The position numbers and the translations under genes were made by a program. A stretch of 64,000 bases of DNA from positions 19,470,001-19,534,000 of the forward strand of contig CM119372.1 of NCBI GenBank assembly GCA_051294905.1, read 5' to 3'. Below, one piece after another: positions 62,657-64,000 of the stretch (positions within the stretch are counted from its first letter, which is position 1; each line of letters opens with the position of its first letter). Source of the DNA: Botryllus schlosseri. Its lineage: Eukaryota. Below the pieces are notes generated by a model. It made no database searches. It had not been told where the DNA came from and worked only from the letters and a program-made list of their open reading frames with translations.

Positions 62657-63796
62657 TTTTGTACTATTCGAACAGGTTCGGTTTACTGACTCGTGTACTA
62701 GCGCCAGAGGGAGTTTGTGACGAAGTACTTTTCGGACTACTTTTGTACTTCTGAACAGTTTTTTGGTCAAAATACCTTTTTACACTGGATTTGAAAATGC
62801 GGAAAGTAGTTCAGGGATGAGTTTGCGTCACTTTTACCAGTGGAATATATTATAAGAACCACTTGATATTTTCGTAGTGGTGTGATCAGGTATTTTGCGT
62901 CAGTGTCAAAGATGCATCCTGTAATTTCGGGAGTAGCCGCTTCCGATTGACTACTAAATGTATGTGACTCCTCGAGCAAATTTAGGTTTTCCAACTAGGC
63001 CTACTTCAGGGAGTGGTTTTCAAACCTTTCATTTTGTACTTCCACTTGAAATAGTATTGATGTGTCTTGGGAATTGCTACTTCTACTTTTAATTGAATAG
63101 AAATTTACGGTGTTATTGCAACTTGAGTAGCAACGACGACTGCATTGACCACGTCTCTGGTTAGCAAATGACACTTGTACCGGCTAATAATAAGGTAGAT
63201 TGCGCGTTACATTCCGCCGTATATAGCGTTAGTGGCTGAGGCTATTGTTGATTAGCGTCATTTGTCGGGTAGGGTTTCGCATGTTGGTTGTTCCGAGACA
63301 ATACAAGCTATGAATGGTGTGGTGGGCCTCGGTTGATAGCGATATATAATAACGCTAAATTACCATAACACGACCACTACTCAATTTTATCCCATTGGGG
63401 ATGTAGAGTGGTTTTCCAGCTGCCAGCCACTGTAGTTGAAATAGTGAGCGGCACTTGACCTTGTGGTAATTTGTAAATCATTGGCTGTCGGTTTCAAGTG
63501 GCATGAATGAGTGCGAATGTTAGCACTGAGGAGGTCGGTCCTTGCAATTCTGGTTACGACATGGTTTATAGCCTATATCCGGCAGGTCAGGTTTAGGTAT
63601 GAAACAATAGGCATAACTTCATATTCCTGTTATCCTTTTATAGATCGTAATTGTTTTGTCTCCAACTACTGAGTAGTCTAGCTTATAGCCATAATATCCA
63701 GCGAATTCCGTTGTACGATCGCAAGCCTATTCAATCCGTGGGCTAAATCGACTCGCACGGCCATTATACGTTCTTTGATGTTATTTTAGTCCTACA

Positions 63797-63908
63797 ATGG
63801 GCCTATTCAAAATTCTACAAGGAAAGGGGAAAGCTAAGAAGCCTCGAACTGAAAGCGTGGATAGAAATGGGTCGGCCAAACCGGAGAAACGTCAACATTC
63901 GTCCTCGG
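63797..63908 (+). CDS. Possible first coding exon of an unidentified downstream gene (MGLFKILQGKGKAKKPRTESVDRNGSAKPEKRQHSSS...)
   Basis: Acceptor ttattttag at 63789, ATG in acaATGg context, open frame to a G|GTAACA donor at 63909. No homology recognised. Confidence 0.25.
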
Positions 63909-64000
63909 GTAACAATATAAGCCATTAAGCATAAGCACTGAGTGCAGTAAGGCTATATCTCTTTATGCGAGAAGTAGATAGGGTATTCCTAGTTAGCCTA

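Noticed and set aside
63215..63425. Degenerate SINE downstream of PDSS1
   Set aside because: Only an A-box-like match, and no second copy in the window to support it.

Overview
Eukaryotic (animal) genomic DNA. The many 56-93 nt GT-AG introns, dense MITEs and tRNA-derived SINEs fit a compact invertebrate genome, plausibly a tunicate (inference only). Five genes are recognisable, all on the + strand: B4GALT7 (intronless CDS), PHGDH (intronless CDS), SCYL1 (21 coding exons reconstructed by hand, ~910 aa), TRIM45 (single long ORF with an extra ~200-aa N-terminus) and PDSS1 (8 exons, 369 aa). A sixth gene may start at the right edge. B4GALT7-PHGDH-SCYL1-TRIM45 form a tight co-oriented cluster with no recognisable TE in its spacers and AG acceptors just before the ATGs, which makes it a candidate trans-spliced operon containing retroposed or intron-lost genes. 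The flanks (1-8.4 kb, 36-57.5 kb) and large introns hold many non-autonomous TIR elements, mostly hAT-type with 8-bp TSDs. They include nested and chimeric elements, a 42-bp micro-element with a perfect TSD, long foldback palindromes, a 486-bp tandem duplication, two SINE families and CR1/L2-like LINE fragments. No autonomous transposase, tRNA, rRNA or CRISPR array was seen. All homology calls come from recalled motifs, not database searches.
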